Part shown: positions 9,389-18,514 of the stretch, in pieces
How the letters are laid out: each line of letters starts with the position of its first letter
Numbering within the stretch: the first letter of the stretch is position 1
Notes under the pieces: model-generated
The model's database searches: none
Seen by the model: the letters and a program-made list of their open reading frames with translations, nothing else
What the model was told of the DNA's origin: nothing
DNA from: Methanobacteriota archaeon
Lineage (GTDB): Archaea; Thermoplasmatota; Poseidoniia; Poseidoniales; Poseidoniaceae
NCBI GenBank assembly: GCA_002710015.1
Contig: PAOW01000029.1
Span: forward strand, 39,009-102,543
Direction of reading: 5' to 3'
DNA: 63,535 nt
Made by a program: the position numbers and the translations under genes

Positions 9389-10069
9389 CTATTCCTCTTC
9401 GTTAACTACACTACCATCTTTAATCCTTACAATTCTAGTACACATGCTAGCTATATCGTCATCATGCGTTACAATAACAATTGTAGAACCCGATTGATTT
9501 AACTCTAATAGTAACTCCATGACATTCTTACTCGTTAGAGAATCGAGGTTTCCAGTTGGCTCATCGCACAATATAACGGATGGGTCATGGACTATTGCTC
9601 TAGCAATCGACACCCTTTGCTGTTGCCCACCAGAGAGTTCAGAGGGTCGATGATTTACTCTCTCACTTAGGCCAACCTTAGTGAGAGCTTTCGTTGCCTT
9701 TTTCCTTGCGTCTGAAGGATTGGTTCCTGCGAGTAACAATGGAATCTCAACGTTTTCTACTGCATTCATTACGTCTAGAAGATGGAATTTTTGAAAAATG
9801 AATCCCATTTCCTTTCCTCTGATGTCACTTCTTTCATCATCACTAATTCCAAAGAGGGGTTTTCCTGCAACGTTTACTTGGCCGGCCGAAGGGTCGTCTA
9901 TTCCAGACAAAATGTTTAGCAAAGTCGTCTTACCACATCCAGAGGGACCCATTACTGCAACCATTTCACCCTGATTGATTGAAAGAGAAACGCCTTTTAT
10001 GGCTTGGATTTTCTCGTCCCCCATCTCATATATTTTCCAAAGCCCTTCACATGATAGTGCGACTGCCAT
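9389..10069 (-). CDS. ABC transporter ATP-binding protein (MacB/LolD-like)
   Basis: Walker [10 protein letters not shown], signature [14 protein letters not shown], Walker [13 protein letters not shown]-loop VTHD. The track start at 10072 is TTG; the first ATG is at 10069. Confidence 0.92.
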   Translation of the reverse strand: MAVALSCEGLWKIYEMGDEKIQAIKGVSLSINQGEMVAVMGPSGCGKTTLLNILSGIDDPSAGQVNVAGKPLFGISDDERSDIRGKEMGFIFQKFHLLDVMNAVENVEIPLLLAGTNPSDARKKATKALTKVGLSERVNHRPSELSGGQQQRVSIARAIVHDPSVILCDEPTGNLDSLTSKNVMELLLELNQSGSTIVIVTHDDDIASMCTRIVRIKDGSVVNEEE

Positions 10070-10121
10070 CAATCACTACACAGCGGAACGGGTTGATAAG
10101 TTGGTGCCAAGTCGCCTAATT

Positions 10122-10355
10122 ATGCACGTCAAGGTTCTCACCTTCGGGCCACTTGCAGAAGAAATTGGGGAGCGAGAGAAAACCCTAGAGATTTTACCCA
10201 ATTCTTCAATTAGATTTGTTCTTGAGGAAATTGGTATTGAATCATGGTTAACAAAGGGCTTGGTTATCAGCCTAAATGGCGTAAAAGTTGGTGAGGACGA
10301 ACCCGTTAATGATGGTGATGAAATCGTTCTACTTCCACCAGTTTCCGGGGGCTAA
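10122..10355 (+). CDS. MoaD/ThiS-family ubiquitin-like protein (SAMP-like) ending in Gly-Gly
   Basis: 77 aa from ATG 10122: MHVKVLTFGPLAEEIG...DGDEIVLLPPVSGG followed by stop. The size, the PPVSGG C-terminus and the beta-grasp-like pattern fit the family. The longer track ORF (9975) overlaps the divergent ATPase gene and was trimmed. Confidence 0.75.
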   Translation: MHVKVLTFGPLAEEIGEREKTLEILPNSSIRFVLEEIGIESWLTKGLVISLNGVKVGEDEPVNDGDEIVLLPPVSGG

Positions 10356-10408
10356 TAGCCGATTGATTGACAAGGGATGAACTGCTGCATTACATCAGAG
10401 GGAGCGAT

Positions 10409-10702
10409 ATGAGGTTTGGACCATTCGAAATAATGATTCTCCTTGCAATATTCTTTTTGCTGTTTGGAGCAGAACGACTTCCAAAGCTAGCAAGAGCAGC
10501 TGGACAGTCAAAAGGTGAATTTCAAAAAGGCCTAAACGAAGTAACAGGAGAACCATCTAGTGCAAACACTATTGCAGATTTGGAAGCAGGTGGAAAGACA
10601 AAATCTGTTGAATTGGCACAAAAGGCTGAGGCTCTTGGCATTGATGTGTCTGGAAAAACCTCTGAGGAAATCGAGTCTGAGATTGCATCGGCAGAAGAAT
10701 AA
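10409..10702 (+). CDS. tatA: Sec-independent (Tat) translocase subunit TatA/E
   Basis: MRFGPFEIMILLAIFFLLFGAERLPKLARAAGQSKGEFQKG is the canonical TatA TM helix, FG hinge and amphipathic helix. Start set at the internal ATG 10409 of track ORF 10367..10702. Confidence 0.8.
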   Translation: MRFGPFEIMILLAIFFLLFGAERLPKLARAAGQSKGEFQKGLNEVTGEPSSANTIADLEAGGKTKSVELAQKAEALGIDVSGKTSEEIESEIASAEE

Positions 10703-10728
10703 TTAGCAAAACTCATACCTTTTTGCAA

Positions 10729-11220
10729 TCAGTTCCTAGCACGCTTCACTTTCATGGGTGAGCCACAGATATCGCAGTCGATTTCCTTTTTCGTGTCTAC
10801 TTTTCTTGTTGCCTTGCACCCTATGCATCTTAATTCCCATGCCCACAGTTGTTCACTTTTTCGATTTGACACCGCCTCAAATGGATGATTTATCTTACGA
10901 CATACGTTTTGTAATGAATAGTCATCAGTAAACAATTTTTCACCAGTAATCAAAGCAATAGCCAATATTTCTAAATCAACACTGCTAAGTCTGGGAAGAT
11001 CACCTGTCTCCACTGCTGCAACTCTAGCGTCTTCTACATCAGGAGTTAACCAATTCATTTCAATTGACTCAATTAACAGTGCTCTTTCTGAAGAAAGTTT
11101 CCGCAATTCCTCTAACTGGCTGTGTGCGACATACCCGCCTTCTAACCTCTCTAAAGGCCAATGGAGTAAGGCAGCGGTATCTAAGGCCGGCATTAGTCGA
11201 TGGGTCGTGTTTTCCAGCAA
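10729..11220 (-). CDS. nob1: Nob1-like PIN-domain endonuclease with C-terminal zinc ribbon
   Basis: N-terminal LDTAAL, internal LFTDDYSLQNV (Nob1-type TDDYxxQN motif), and C-terminal CIGC...CDIC zinc ribbon. Confidence 0.7.
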   Translation of the reverse strand: MLENTTHRLMPALDTAALLHWPLERLEGGYVAHSQLEELRKLSSERALLIESIEMNWLTPDVEDARVAAVETGDLPRLSSVDLEILAIALITGEKLFTDDYSLQNVCRKINHPFEAVSNRKSEQLWAWELRCIGCKATRKVDTKKEIDCDICGSPMKVKRARN

Positions 11221-11275
11221 TCAAGACTTCCCCTGTGAAAGGGTTCATCCGTGTGATTGTTCCCCCATAGGACGA

Positions 11276-11887
11276 ATGTCATGGAAAGACTCGGTGATTG
11301 ATTGGTTTGACGGGTTTGGCTGGCTCAGCCTTGCCGCCTTATCATTCACCGAAGCGATTATTCAACCTGTTCCTCCTGATTTGCTGTTTTTACCAATGCT
11401 TGTCAACGCATCTGGAGATTCAAACATGGTATTGTGGCTGTGGATTGTAATAACTGTCACAAGTGTCTTGGGTAGTATAATCGGATACTGGGTTGGAAGA
11501 AAATGGGGCAGAAGTCTGTTTAACCGATTCAAGGGAGAAAAACATCTCAGAAAGATTGAGGCCTTAACAACCAGATATGGGACTGTTGGAGTATTCATTG
11601 CAGCGTTTTCACCAATCCCATACAAGGTGTTTGGATGGGCTGCTGGCATGGGAGAAATGAAGATGAAACCATTCATAATAGCTGGATTGTTTGGCAGAGG
11701 ACTACGATTTGGCTTGGAGGCACTGCTTGTTGGTATTTATGGAAACAAAGCGGTCGAAGGTTTAGAGTGGTTACTTGACAGAGAGGTTCTCATTGGAGTA
11801 GTAATTATACTTCTTTGTGGGATTGCTTGGTTATTGTTACGCTGGTGGAATGAATTGAGTATCGACCCCAACATTGATGAACAATAA
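11276..11887 (+). CDS. YqaA/DedA-like (SNARE-associated) membrane protein
   Basis: FTEAIIQPVPPDLLFLPM motif and multiple TM helices. Start moved to ATG 11276, so it no longer overlaps the divergent nob1 gene. Confidence 0.65.
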   Translation: MSWKDSVIDWFDGFGWLSLAALSFTEAIIQPVPPDLLFLPMLVNASGDSNMVLWLWIVITVTSVLGSIIGYWVGRKWGRSLFNRFKGEKHLRKIEALTTRYGTVGVFIAAFSPIPYKVFGWAAGMGEMKMKPFIIAGLFGRGLRFGLEALLVGIYGNKAVEGLEWLLDREVLIGVVIILLCGIAWLLLRWWNELSIDPNIDEQ

Positions 11888-11906
11888 ATGATGCGAGGGG
11901 CATGCT

Positions 11907-11979
11907 GCTTGTGTGGTGTAGTGGTCCATCATTTCGGGTTTTCATTCCGGCGACCCGGGTTCAAATCCCGGCACGAGCA
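11907..11979 (+). tRNA. tRNA-Glu (anticodon UUC), 73 nt, no intron, CCA not encoded
   Basis: Folded by hand. Acceptor GCTTGTG/CACGAGC (one G-U). Anticodon arm TCGGG-TTTTCAT-TCCGG (anticodon TTC). T arm CCGGG-TTCAAAT-CCCGG. Discriminator A. D arm GTG..CAT with an AGTGGTCCA loop. Confidence 0.85.
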
Positions 11980-12068
11980 CTCTGACATTTCCTAATTCCT
12001 TCTAAATAAAAGAAGTTCATAATGAGAGTGCCAATTTATTCAAGAACTATATTTGACTTCATAACATT

Positions 12069-13025
12069 ATGGAGTTACAGGATGACTATCCCCCTGTTGG
12101 GGAAACATCCATAGATGATCCTCAGAGATTCATACTAGAATTGGTAGGGCTCGCTATCGCTTCAATATTGATCTGGGGAATATTTCGATACATAACGAAA
12201 GACGTTTTTGACTCAAGTGTTTCTGTGTCTTTCAGCATATCTTATGCCCTAGTTGCCCCGATTGTTTTTATTGGCCCAATTATGTTCTATTGGTATCAAT
12301 ACAGGAATGAAGAATGCCTTCCTGTAAGATTGTTTGCTTATAATTCACTAAAAGAAACATTTTCTCAAAAGTTTATTGTGAGTATTATTGTAATAGGTTT
12401 GTCTCTCACTTTTGCAAATTATATATTGGAACTGATTTTAGATTACATTGTTTTAAGTTCTGGATTATACGGAGATATTGATTTCTTTTTCACATGGATG
12501 GACGAGTTCGATTCATTTTTCGTCTTCCTAATATTCATGGTAACTAATATTGCAGTAGTTGCAACAGTTGAGGAATTTTTCTTCAGAGGATTTATCCAAG
12601 ACCAACTGTCTAGAGTATTGCAAGCATGGCAGTCGATGCTGATATCAGCAGCAATTTTTGCCCTAACGCACTTACCAATTGCCATATTTGTCTATGAGAT
12701 TGAGAGTGTATGGCTAATTACATCGTTGATTAACTGGTTTGGATTTGGTTTAGCAGCAGGATATGTTTACCACATAACTAGAAATATTTGGGTTGTAATA
12801 GCCTGGCACGGCATATGGAATGTTACTGTTTCTACTGTTGGATATAGTGCATGGGTATATGATGCCCCAAGTCAAGGATTAGAACAATTCATTTGGACCT
12901 CACAGACGATTCTAATATACGCACTACTTTTGTTGGCGATATACTTCACGAGAGATTATATCAAAGAATTTGGTAGTTTTGGGAATAAATCTAGTGCACC
13001 AAAGACGATTGAGGTCAAATTGTGA
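12069..13025 (+). CDS. CPBP-family (CAAX/Abi) intramembrane metalloprotease
   Basis: EEFFFRGF (EExxxR), FALTH (FxxxH) and HGIWN motifs in a protein with about 8 TM helices. Confidence 0.8.
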   Translation: MELQDDYPPVGETSIDDPQRFILELVGLAIASILIWGIFRYITKDVFDSSVSVSFSISYALVAPIVFIGPIMFYWYQYRNEECLPVRLFAYNSLKETFSQKFIVSIIVIGLSLTFANYILELILDYIVLSSGLYGDIDFFFTWMDEFDSFFVFLIFMVTNIAVVATVEEFFFRGFIQDQLSRVLQAWQSMLISAAIFALTHLPIAIFVYEIESVWLITSLINWFGFGLAAGYVYHITRNIWVVIAWHGIWNVTVSTVGYSAWVYDAPSQGLEQFIWTSQTILIYALLLLAIYFTRDYIKEFGSFGNKSSAPKTIEVKL

Positions 13026-13402
13026 CATTTGATTCTGAATATGAGCCTTTTTTCCAACCCCCTGGTTGGATAATTGGACCAATATGGGCTATTCTTTACA
13101 CTACTCTAATCATCAGTTTTTTTACTACTTTTAATCTTAGAAATAAGATAAATAAAAGCAATACAGCAATTTGGTTATTTGTTGTCCAGTTAATTGTCAA
13201 TCTAGCTTGGCCTAGAGTCTTCAATTCAGAGGAATATTTGATCTCGCTGATTATGATCGTAATTATGGTAATTTTCACTTCGATGTATGCATACATTGTA
13301 TACGAAGTGAACAAAAAAGGCTCACTTATCGTGTTACCATACATACTCTGGGTGTCTTTCGCTGGTATGATAAACGCAACATATTACCTACATGCAGGCT
13401 AG
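13022..13402 (+). CDS. TspO/MBR-like tryptophan-rich membrane protein (apparently 4 TM, short N-terminus)
   Basis: PPGWIIGPIWAILYTTL matches the TspO PPxWxFxPxWxxLY signature, and LAWPRVF and LPYILWVSFA are also present. GTG start lies in a 4-nt GTGA overlap with the CPBP gene. In-frame TGA at 13010-13012 prevents any longer N-terminus. Confidence 0.6.
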   Translation: MTFDSEYEPFFQPPGWIIGPIWAILYTTLIISFFTTFNLRNKINKSNTAIWLFVVQLIVNLAWPRVFNSEEYLISLIMIVIMVIFTSMYAYIVYEVNKKGSLIVLPYILWVSFAGMINATYYLHAG

Positions 13403-13671
13403 CGTAAATACCGGTTTGTTTCGTCGAAACCACCAATAAAAATTGGCATATCTCCTCGGTTATCAATAACAACAGGCACGGTTCTATGTCCTGTTTCGGA
13501 TACAACCTCATAACGAACTTCTGACCTCTCGTCATCGAAATTTATCTCTGTGAAAGTAAAGCCCTTAGATTTCAGTAAGCGTTTCAGTGCTGTGCAGTAT
13601 GGACAAAAATTGCCTGAATAATATAGAAAATCTGTATTACATGACTTTGCATCATCCAATACTCTACCCAT
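13399..13671 (-). CDS. glutaredoxin
   Basis: CPYC active site, TVPVV, and GGFDE near the C-terminus; 90 aa. Confidence 0.8.
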   Translation of the reverse strand: MGRVLDDAKSCNTDFLYYSGNFCPYCTALKRLLKSKGFTFTEINFDDERSEVRYEVVSETGHRTVPVVIDNRGDMPIFIGGFDETNRYLR

Positions 13672-13710
13672 GTAAATCCCTAATGTTAGGACTTATTGAA
13701 TATGTGCATT

Positions 13711-14523
13711 TTATTCTAACAGCTCAAGTCCATTAAAATCAATTTTCCATTCTAAAACATCCCAAGGAATGGCATTTCTAGTAGCCTCTGGGTTACGAGT
13801 AATAATTCCCACAAACCCTCCTGCTGCTGCACCCATCCCTTTCCATGCCAAAACCTCGGGTAAATCATTCAGCATCATGTATGGCTCGTTTAGTTTAGAA
13901 TTTAACTTCCCGACAGCATTGGTGTAAGACTTCATGGCTTCGCAAATATTGAATCTATCATCCCGCTGAACTGCCTGGGCCATATCTCTACCACTCTGCC
14001 GTATTTCCATCAAGTGAGGTAAAACCTCATCGTATCTGGACCAAACTTCGCTATGCAAGTCTCCTGAAGTATGACGAATTCCGGTATCTGCCAAGATAAG
14101 ATGTTTCTCAATCCATCGCACAAAGGATTGAGGTGGGGTTAGAGCGACTCTTTCAACATCATTTCCAATAAATTTCAGATGCTGAATTCCTCCAAATCTC
14201 GCTGCCCATTGATCTTGTCGTCCACCATGATTTCCTAACAATTTTTCAAATTGATATGCCAATTCTTCTGAATTTTCAGCCCCTTTGATAACTGACATTA
14301 AGGCAACATTGATTGCTCCAGTTGTACCCAACCCACTACCAATGGGGACATCACAGTTGTAAGCAACGGATAATTTGCCATTAGAATCGACGTTTAATTC
14401 TGCTTGTGCATAATGATTGATTGCAATATTTACCACATCTCCACCTACTAACTCACAGAATGGGGGAGCATCTGACCAACCCCCTGCAAGGTCGATTCTA
14501 ACTGGGGCTTTAGCAGATGGCAT
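13711..14523 (-). CDS. GHMP-family sugar kinase (HddA/fucokinase-like)
   Basis: RIDLAGGWSD N-terminal motif and PIGSGLGTTGA (GHMP motif II). The track start 14541 is GTG; the first ATG is at 14523. Confidence 0.7.
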   Translation of the reverse strand: MPSAKAPVRIDLAGGWSDAPPFCELVGGDVVNIAINHYAQAELNVDSNGKLSVAYNCDVPIGSGLGTTGAINVALMSVIKGAENSEELAYQFEKLLGNHGGRQDQWAARFGGIQHLKFIGNDVERVALTPPQSFVRWIEKHLILADTGIRHTSGDLHSEVWSRYDEVLPHLMEIRQSGRDMAQAVQRDDRFNICEAMKSYTNAVGKLNSKLNEPYMMLNDLPEVLAWKGMGAAAGGFVGIITRNPEATRNAIPWDVLEWKIDFNGLELLE

Positions 14524-14613
14524 GATACTCCCAAGCCACACACATCTTATTTTTTGCTTATTGAAATGGAGATTAGAATATTGTAGATTAATATTCCAAT
14601 TGAATATTTAAAT

Positions 14614-15207
14614 TTACAATTGATTTTTTGTTTGTAAATCTTCCAACCATTCCTTCACCGATAAATGAAATTCAATTGGAATCATGTGACCTTTATGATG
14701 CTGAATTTTTTCCACATTCCATCCAAATTCAGAGAAAATTTCTACAATTTCTAAGCCGGCTTCTAGTGAAACTCGATGGTCAGATTCCCCATGCATCCAC
14801 AGAATATTAGATGTAGGAATCTCACGCAACCTTTGACGAAGTTCCATTGGCCTAACCGCTCTTGTCGCTATTGTCATTATGCCTATTACATTTAGATCGA
14901 ATTGTAGTAACTCTTGTGCCATTGCGCCACCTTGGCTAAATCCTCCAATCACCAATTCGTCAGCTGGCAATATCTTGACTAAACTCAATAGTGAGCTATC
15001 AACATCTGACAATTCTTTCGAGGTTAGGATCCGCCTTCCTGGCTGGTCAGGACCTTCGTAACGCCACCAAGTGTATCCTCGATTCGTATGACTAAACTCT
15101 GCCTGTGGGACAATCAAATCCCAGCCATTCGGTAGAATTTTCTCAGCAAAAGGTCTCATCATATCGGATGTACCAGTCATCCCATGCATCATTACCAATG
15201 TAGGCAC
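14614..15207 (-). CDS. alpha/beta hydrolase (phospholipase/carboxylesterase family)
   Basis: LVMMHGMTG, nucleophile elbow GGFSQGG, and late HG..D/H residues. The track start (TTG 15252) overlaps the upstream gene by 35 nt. GTG 15207 is preceded by GAGGAG with a 6-nt spacer and lies after the upstream stop, so I prefer it. Confidence 0.65.
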   Translation of the reverse strand: MPTLVMMHGMTGTSDMMRPFAEKILPNGWDLIVPQAEFSHTNRGYTWWRYEGPDQPGRRILTSKELSDVDSSLLSLVKILPADELVIGGFSQGGAMAQELLQFDLNVIGIMTIATRAVRPMELRQRLREIPTSNILWMHGESDHRVSLEAGLEIVEIFSEFGWNVEKIQHHKGHMIPIEFHLSVKEWLEDLQTKNQL

Positions 15208-15217
15208 GGAACTCTCC

Positions 15218-16165
15218 TCATAACTCCCAGTAGTTCTCAATACCACCTGCAATCATGAAATGGAGTGTGCTCTGACCGCCAGTAAGTGTCACTTCTAGTG
15301 TATATTCATCACTTCTACTAGGGATTGTTGCTAATTCCTGAGATTGGGTTCCAGCAGTGTAAGTTCGTGTTAGTATACTGTTACCTACGTGGTCTTTGAC
15401 AGATAGTGTGCCTGACCCACCTTGTATGAGTGATGCATCTATGAAGAATACGTAGTAATCAAAATCAATTCCAGAGGGGTGCCCGCTATCCACAAAGGTA
15501 TCGGTAGCCTCGCCGTCAATTGGTCCTTCAAACAACCTGTCCTTCAGGTCTGTCGCTCGAATGAACCACACTTGTCCTGAATAATCACTTCCTGTGTCAG
15601 TGAGAGTCATTCTAAATTGCAGTTCACCATCACCATCTTTCCATTCAAAGTAGTCAAGGAATCCATGATCACCACTGAATCTGTACTCTAGAGAATGTCC
15701 ATTATCACTGGTTGCCTTTACGATTGGCATACCATTGAGAGACCCTGTTGTCTCAGCACTCCAGTATTCTCCAAGAAGTGTGAATTCCCATTTATCTCCA
15801 TTATTCCATGGGAATTTGAATACCGGCTGTGGATCTCCGTTTTCATAGACGGATAATTCTCCGATAGTTACTCTTCCAAGGAACGGATTGTGATTAATCA
15901 CTGCGTGTCTCTGAGCTTCCCTTTCCGATGAGATACCTAGCATGTATAAGCCGTTATCCTCTCTTATCTCTGTCACAACTAGTCTTGCTGTATCTTCTCC
16001 AAATTGAGGAGTTTCGAAAGTGTATAGCCACCAATCTCCAATATCCCAGCCAGGTTTTTCAGTTGAGTCTACGTTGAATGACTCTGAATCCGAGTAACTT
16101 GTAGTGCTAATGCACCCACTCAACGGTAGTAGCATCAAAACCATGAACGCAAGTATCACTCGCAT
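15218..16165 (-). CDS. putative lipoprotein, function unknown
   Basis: MRVILAFMVLMLLPLSGCIS is a signal peptide with a lipobox-like L-S-G-C. The rest is beta-rich and hydrophilic with no recognised family. Confidence 0.55.
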   Translation of the reverse strand: MRVILAFMVLMLLPLSGCISTTSYSDSESFNVDSTEKPGWDIGDWWLYTFETPQFGEDTARLVVTEIREDNGLYMLGISSEREAQRHAVINHNPFLGRVTIGELSVYENGDPQPVFKFPWNNGDKWEFTLLGEYWSAETTGSLNGMPIVKATSDNGHSLEYRFSGDHGFLDYFEWKDGDGELQFRMTLTDTGSDYSGQVWFIRATDLKDRLFEGPIDGEATDTFVDSGHPSGIDFDYYVFFIDASLIQGGSGTLSVKDHVGNSILTRTYTAGTQSQELATIPSRSDEYTLEVTLTGGQSTLHFMIAGGIENYWEL

Positions 16166-16211
16166 GGTTCATGCCTACCTGTGCGTATTTTTCACTGTGC
16201 GGGTTATCTGC

Positions 16212-18311
16212 TTAGAACCAGCCTGAGACTGTCAGAGCAGGAGCGATTACCACCGCAACAATGCTCATCAGTTTGATTAGAATATTCAATGAAGGTCCAC
16301 TTGTGTCTTTGAATGGGTCTCCAATTGTGTCTCCTATTACTGCTGCATCGTGAGCTGCGTCTCCTTTTTCAGCACCTTCAATGTGACCTTGTTCGATTGC
16401 TTTCTTCGCATTATCCCAAGCACCACCTGCATTTGCCATGAATAGAGCCATCATAACACCGGTTACCAAGGAACCAGCAAGAAGACCACCTAGAGCTGGT
16501 GCACCCAATGCAAACCCAACGATAACTGGTGCAATTACTGCAACTACACCCGGACCTACCATCTCTCTCAAAGCTGCGTCAGTTGAGATTTGAACGCACT
16601 TTGCACTGTCTGGCTTAACACCTTCTTTTCCTTCAAGAAGTCCATCAATTTCTTTGAATTGTCTTCGAATCTCAGTAACCATCTCATTTGCAGCCTTACC
16701 AACAGATGTCATTGTCATTGCTGCGACGACGAATGGCAATGCTCCACCAATAAGAAGTCCGATCACTACTTTGGGATCTGAGAGAGCTAATTGCGAAAGG
16801 TTCAGATCTGCTGCTGCAGAATAAGCAGCGAATAGAGCCAAAGCGGTTAATGCGGCGCTACCAATTGCGAAACCTTTGCCGATTGCAGCAGTTGTGTTTC
16901 CAATCGAATCCAAGCCGTCTGTGATGTCTCTAACATCCTTACCCAGACCGCTCATCTCTGCGATTCCTCCTGCATTATCTGCTACTGGACCGTAAGCATC
17001 AACAGTCATCGTAACACCAACCGTTGCCAACATTCCCATTGCAGCCATAGCAATACCGTAGAGTCCAAACTCAGGCATGTAACCGCCAGCGTCGCTGGAA
17101 GTGTGCCCCTCCATCATGAAATGGTTAGCTCCAAATATTCCTAAACAAATTAGAATGATTGGGATGAATGTAGACATCATACCCACAGAAAGTCCTGCAA
17201 TGGCGTTAGTAGCAGGTCCTGTTTTTGACATCTCCCCGATGTGAGGTATTGACTTGGGCTTTAATCCAAATACGTCCTCAATTCCTGTGTAGTATTCTGT
17301 GACTAATCCAATCAGGATTCCAACAATTGACCCGATTATAACAGCGACCATAGGCTCAGTTCCAGTTTCTAGGCCCATAGCATCAATACCAAACCATCCT
17401 ACTATCCAAAATAATCCTGCACCGATGAAGGTTGTATTCCTTAGCGCAGCACCAGGCTCTCCGTTCTTTAGAATCTCCATCGAGAAAACTCCAACAAGAG
17501 AGGCAAGGTAACCTACTAGTCCAAGGAAGATTGGAAGAATAACATAATCTGCGTTCATAGCATCAGAGGAGTCCGCACTTACCATTGCAGCGATTATGGA
17601 TCCAACAAATGACTCGAATATATCTGCACCCATTCCGGCAACGTCACCAACATTGTCTCCTACATTGTCTGCGATAACACCGGGATTTCTTGGGTCATCC
17701 TCTGGGATACCCGCCTCGACTTTACCAACGAGGTCTGCTCCTACGTCTGCGGCTTTAGTGTAAATGCCGCCACCTACTCTAGCGAATAGTGCTATTGAGG
17801 ACGCACCCATTCCAAAGCCAGCAGCATGAGTTATGTTTGTACTACCACTATCTCCTGCTCCAAGGAAATAAGCAACTAGAGAGATACCTAGTAAACCAAG
17901 TCCGCCAACTGAAAGACCCATAACAGCTCCACCGTTGTATGAGACCGCTAGTGCTCCGGCTTGGCCGTCTTTTTGTGCAGCCATAGCTGTCCTTCCGTTA
18001 GCAGCAGTTGCTGCCTTCATACCCGAAAGTCCTGCTAACACGCTAGCAACCGCTCCTCCTAGGAATGCCAGTGAGGTTAAATGCCCGTCATCTTCGGTGA
18101 CGAAATAAAGCAAAACTGCTACTACTGCTACAAATATCGAGAGATACTTGTATTCTGCCTTCAGGAAGGCCATTGCTCCATCTTGAATTTGTTTTGTTAT
18201 ATCGGCCACAGTTGGATTATCAATCTTAACATCGTTGACTTTTTTGTATAGCAGTGCCGCTATTCCAAGACCTATTAATGATACCACTACCGCAATTAAT
18301 GCAATGTCCAT
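16212..18311 (-). CDS. hppA: membrane-bound ion-translocating pyrophosphatase, K+-dependent subfamily signature
   Basis: [29 protein letters not shown] and [18 protein letters not shown] motifs with about 16 TM helices. Start set at ATG 18311 (MDIALIAVV), with GGTGA upstream. Confidence 0.95.
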   Translation of the reverse strand: MDIALIAVVVSLIGLGIAALLYKKVNDVKIDNPTVADITKQIQDGAMAFLKAEYKYLSIFVAVVAVLLYFVTEDDGHLTSLAFLGGAVASVLAGLSGMKAATAANGRTAMAAQKDGQAGALAVSYNGGAVMGLSVGGLGLLGISLVAYFLGAGDSGSTNITHAAGFGMGASSIALFARVGGGIYTKAADVGADLVGKVEAGIPEDDPRNPGVIADNVGDNVGDVAGMGADIFESFVGSIIAAMVSADSSDAMNADYVILPIFLGLVGYLASLVGVFSMEILKNGEPGAALRNTTFIGAGLFWIVGWFGIDAMGLETGTEPMVAVIIGSIVGILIGLVTEYYTGIEDVFGLKPKSIPHIGEMSKTGPATNAIAGLSVGMMSTFIPIILICLGIFGANHFMMEGHTSSDAGGYMPEFGLYGIAMAAMGMLATVGVTMTVDAYGPVADNAGGIAEMSGLGKDVRDITDGLDSIGNTTAAIGKGFAIGSAALTALALFAAYSAAADLNLSQLALSDPKVVIGLLIGGALPFVVAAMTMTSVGKAANEMVTEIRRQFKEIDGLLEGKEGVKPDSAKCVQISTDAALREMVGPGVVAVIAPVIVGFALGAPALGGLLAGSLVTGVMMALFMANAGGAWDNAKKAIEQGHIEGAEKGDAAHDAAVIGDTIGDPFKDTSGPSLNILIKLMSIVAVVIAPALTVSGWF

Positions 18312-18514
18312 ACTTTGTTCACCTATTGGCCCGCCACCAAAGTCTCCCAAATAAGTACATCCCTTGAAAAAATGGCGCAATAATGCAATTTTACCAAACT
18401 TTACTCCGTTCCGAGTGATAAGTTACAGTCACGTGCGGGCTTGACTAGAAACCTTGAGTTACTGATACAGATAAATGCGATGATTGATAGATAAGCAGTT
18501 ACTCGGTAACCACG

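Noticed and set aside
9975-10121. N-terminal extension of the MoaD-like ORF as given in the track (start 9975)
   Set aside because: The extension overlaps the first ~95 nt of the divergent ABC ATPase gene and adds sequence with no beta-grasp character. The internal ATG 10122 gives a canonical 77-aa protein.
11888-12068. tRNA-Glu as a possible integration hotspot or mobile-element border
   Set aside because: No integrase, transposase, phage-like genes or direct repeat of the tRNA 3' end is visible on either side. The flanking genes are ordinary membrane proteins.
12069-13402. Markedly AT/T-rich stretch as a horizontally acquired island
   Set aside because: Both genes encode very hydrophobic polytopic proteins, whose F/I/L/Y-rich codons account for the composition. 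No mobility genes or repeats flank them.
14567-14612. AT-rich inverted repeat GAATATT..AATATTC and TTTAAATA box upstream of the GHMP kinase gene as a defined promoter or operator
   Set aside because: The TATA-like box lies ~85 nt from the ATG and overlaps the end of the upstream esterase gene. 7-bp AT-only stems are common in AT-rich DNA. This is too weak to call.
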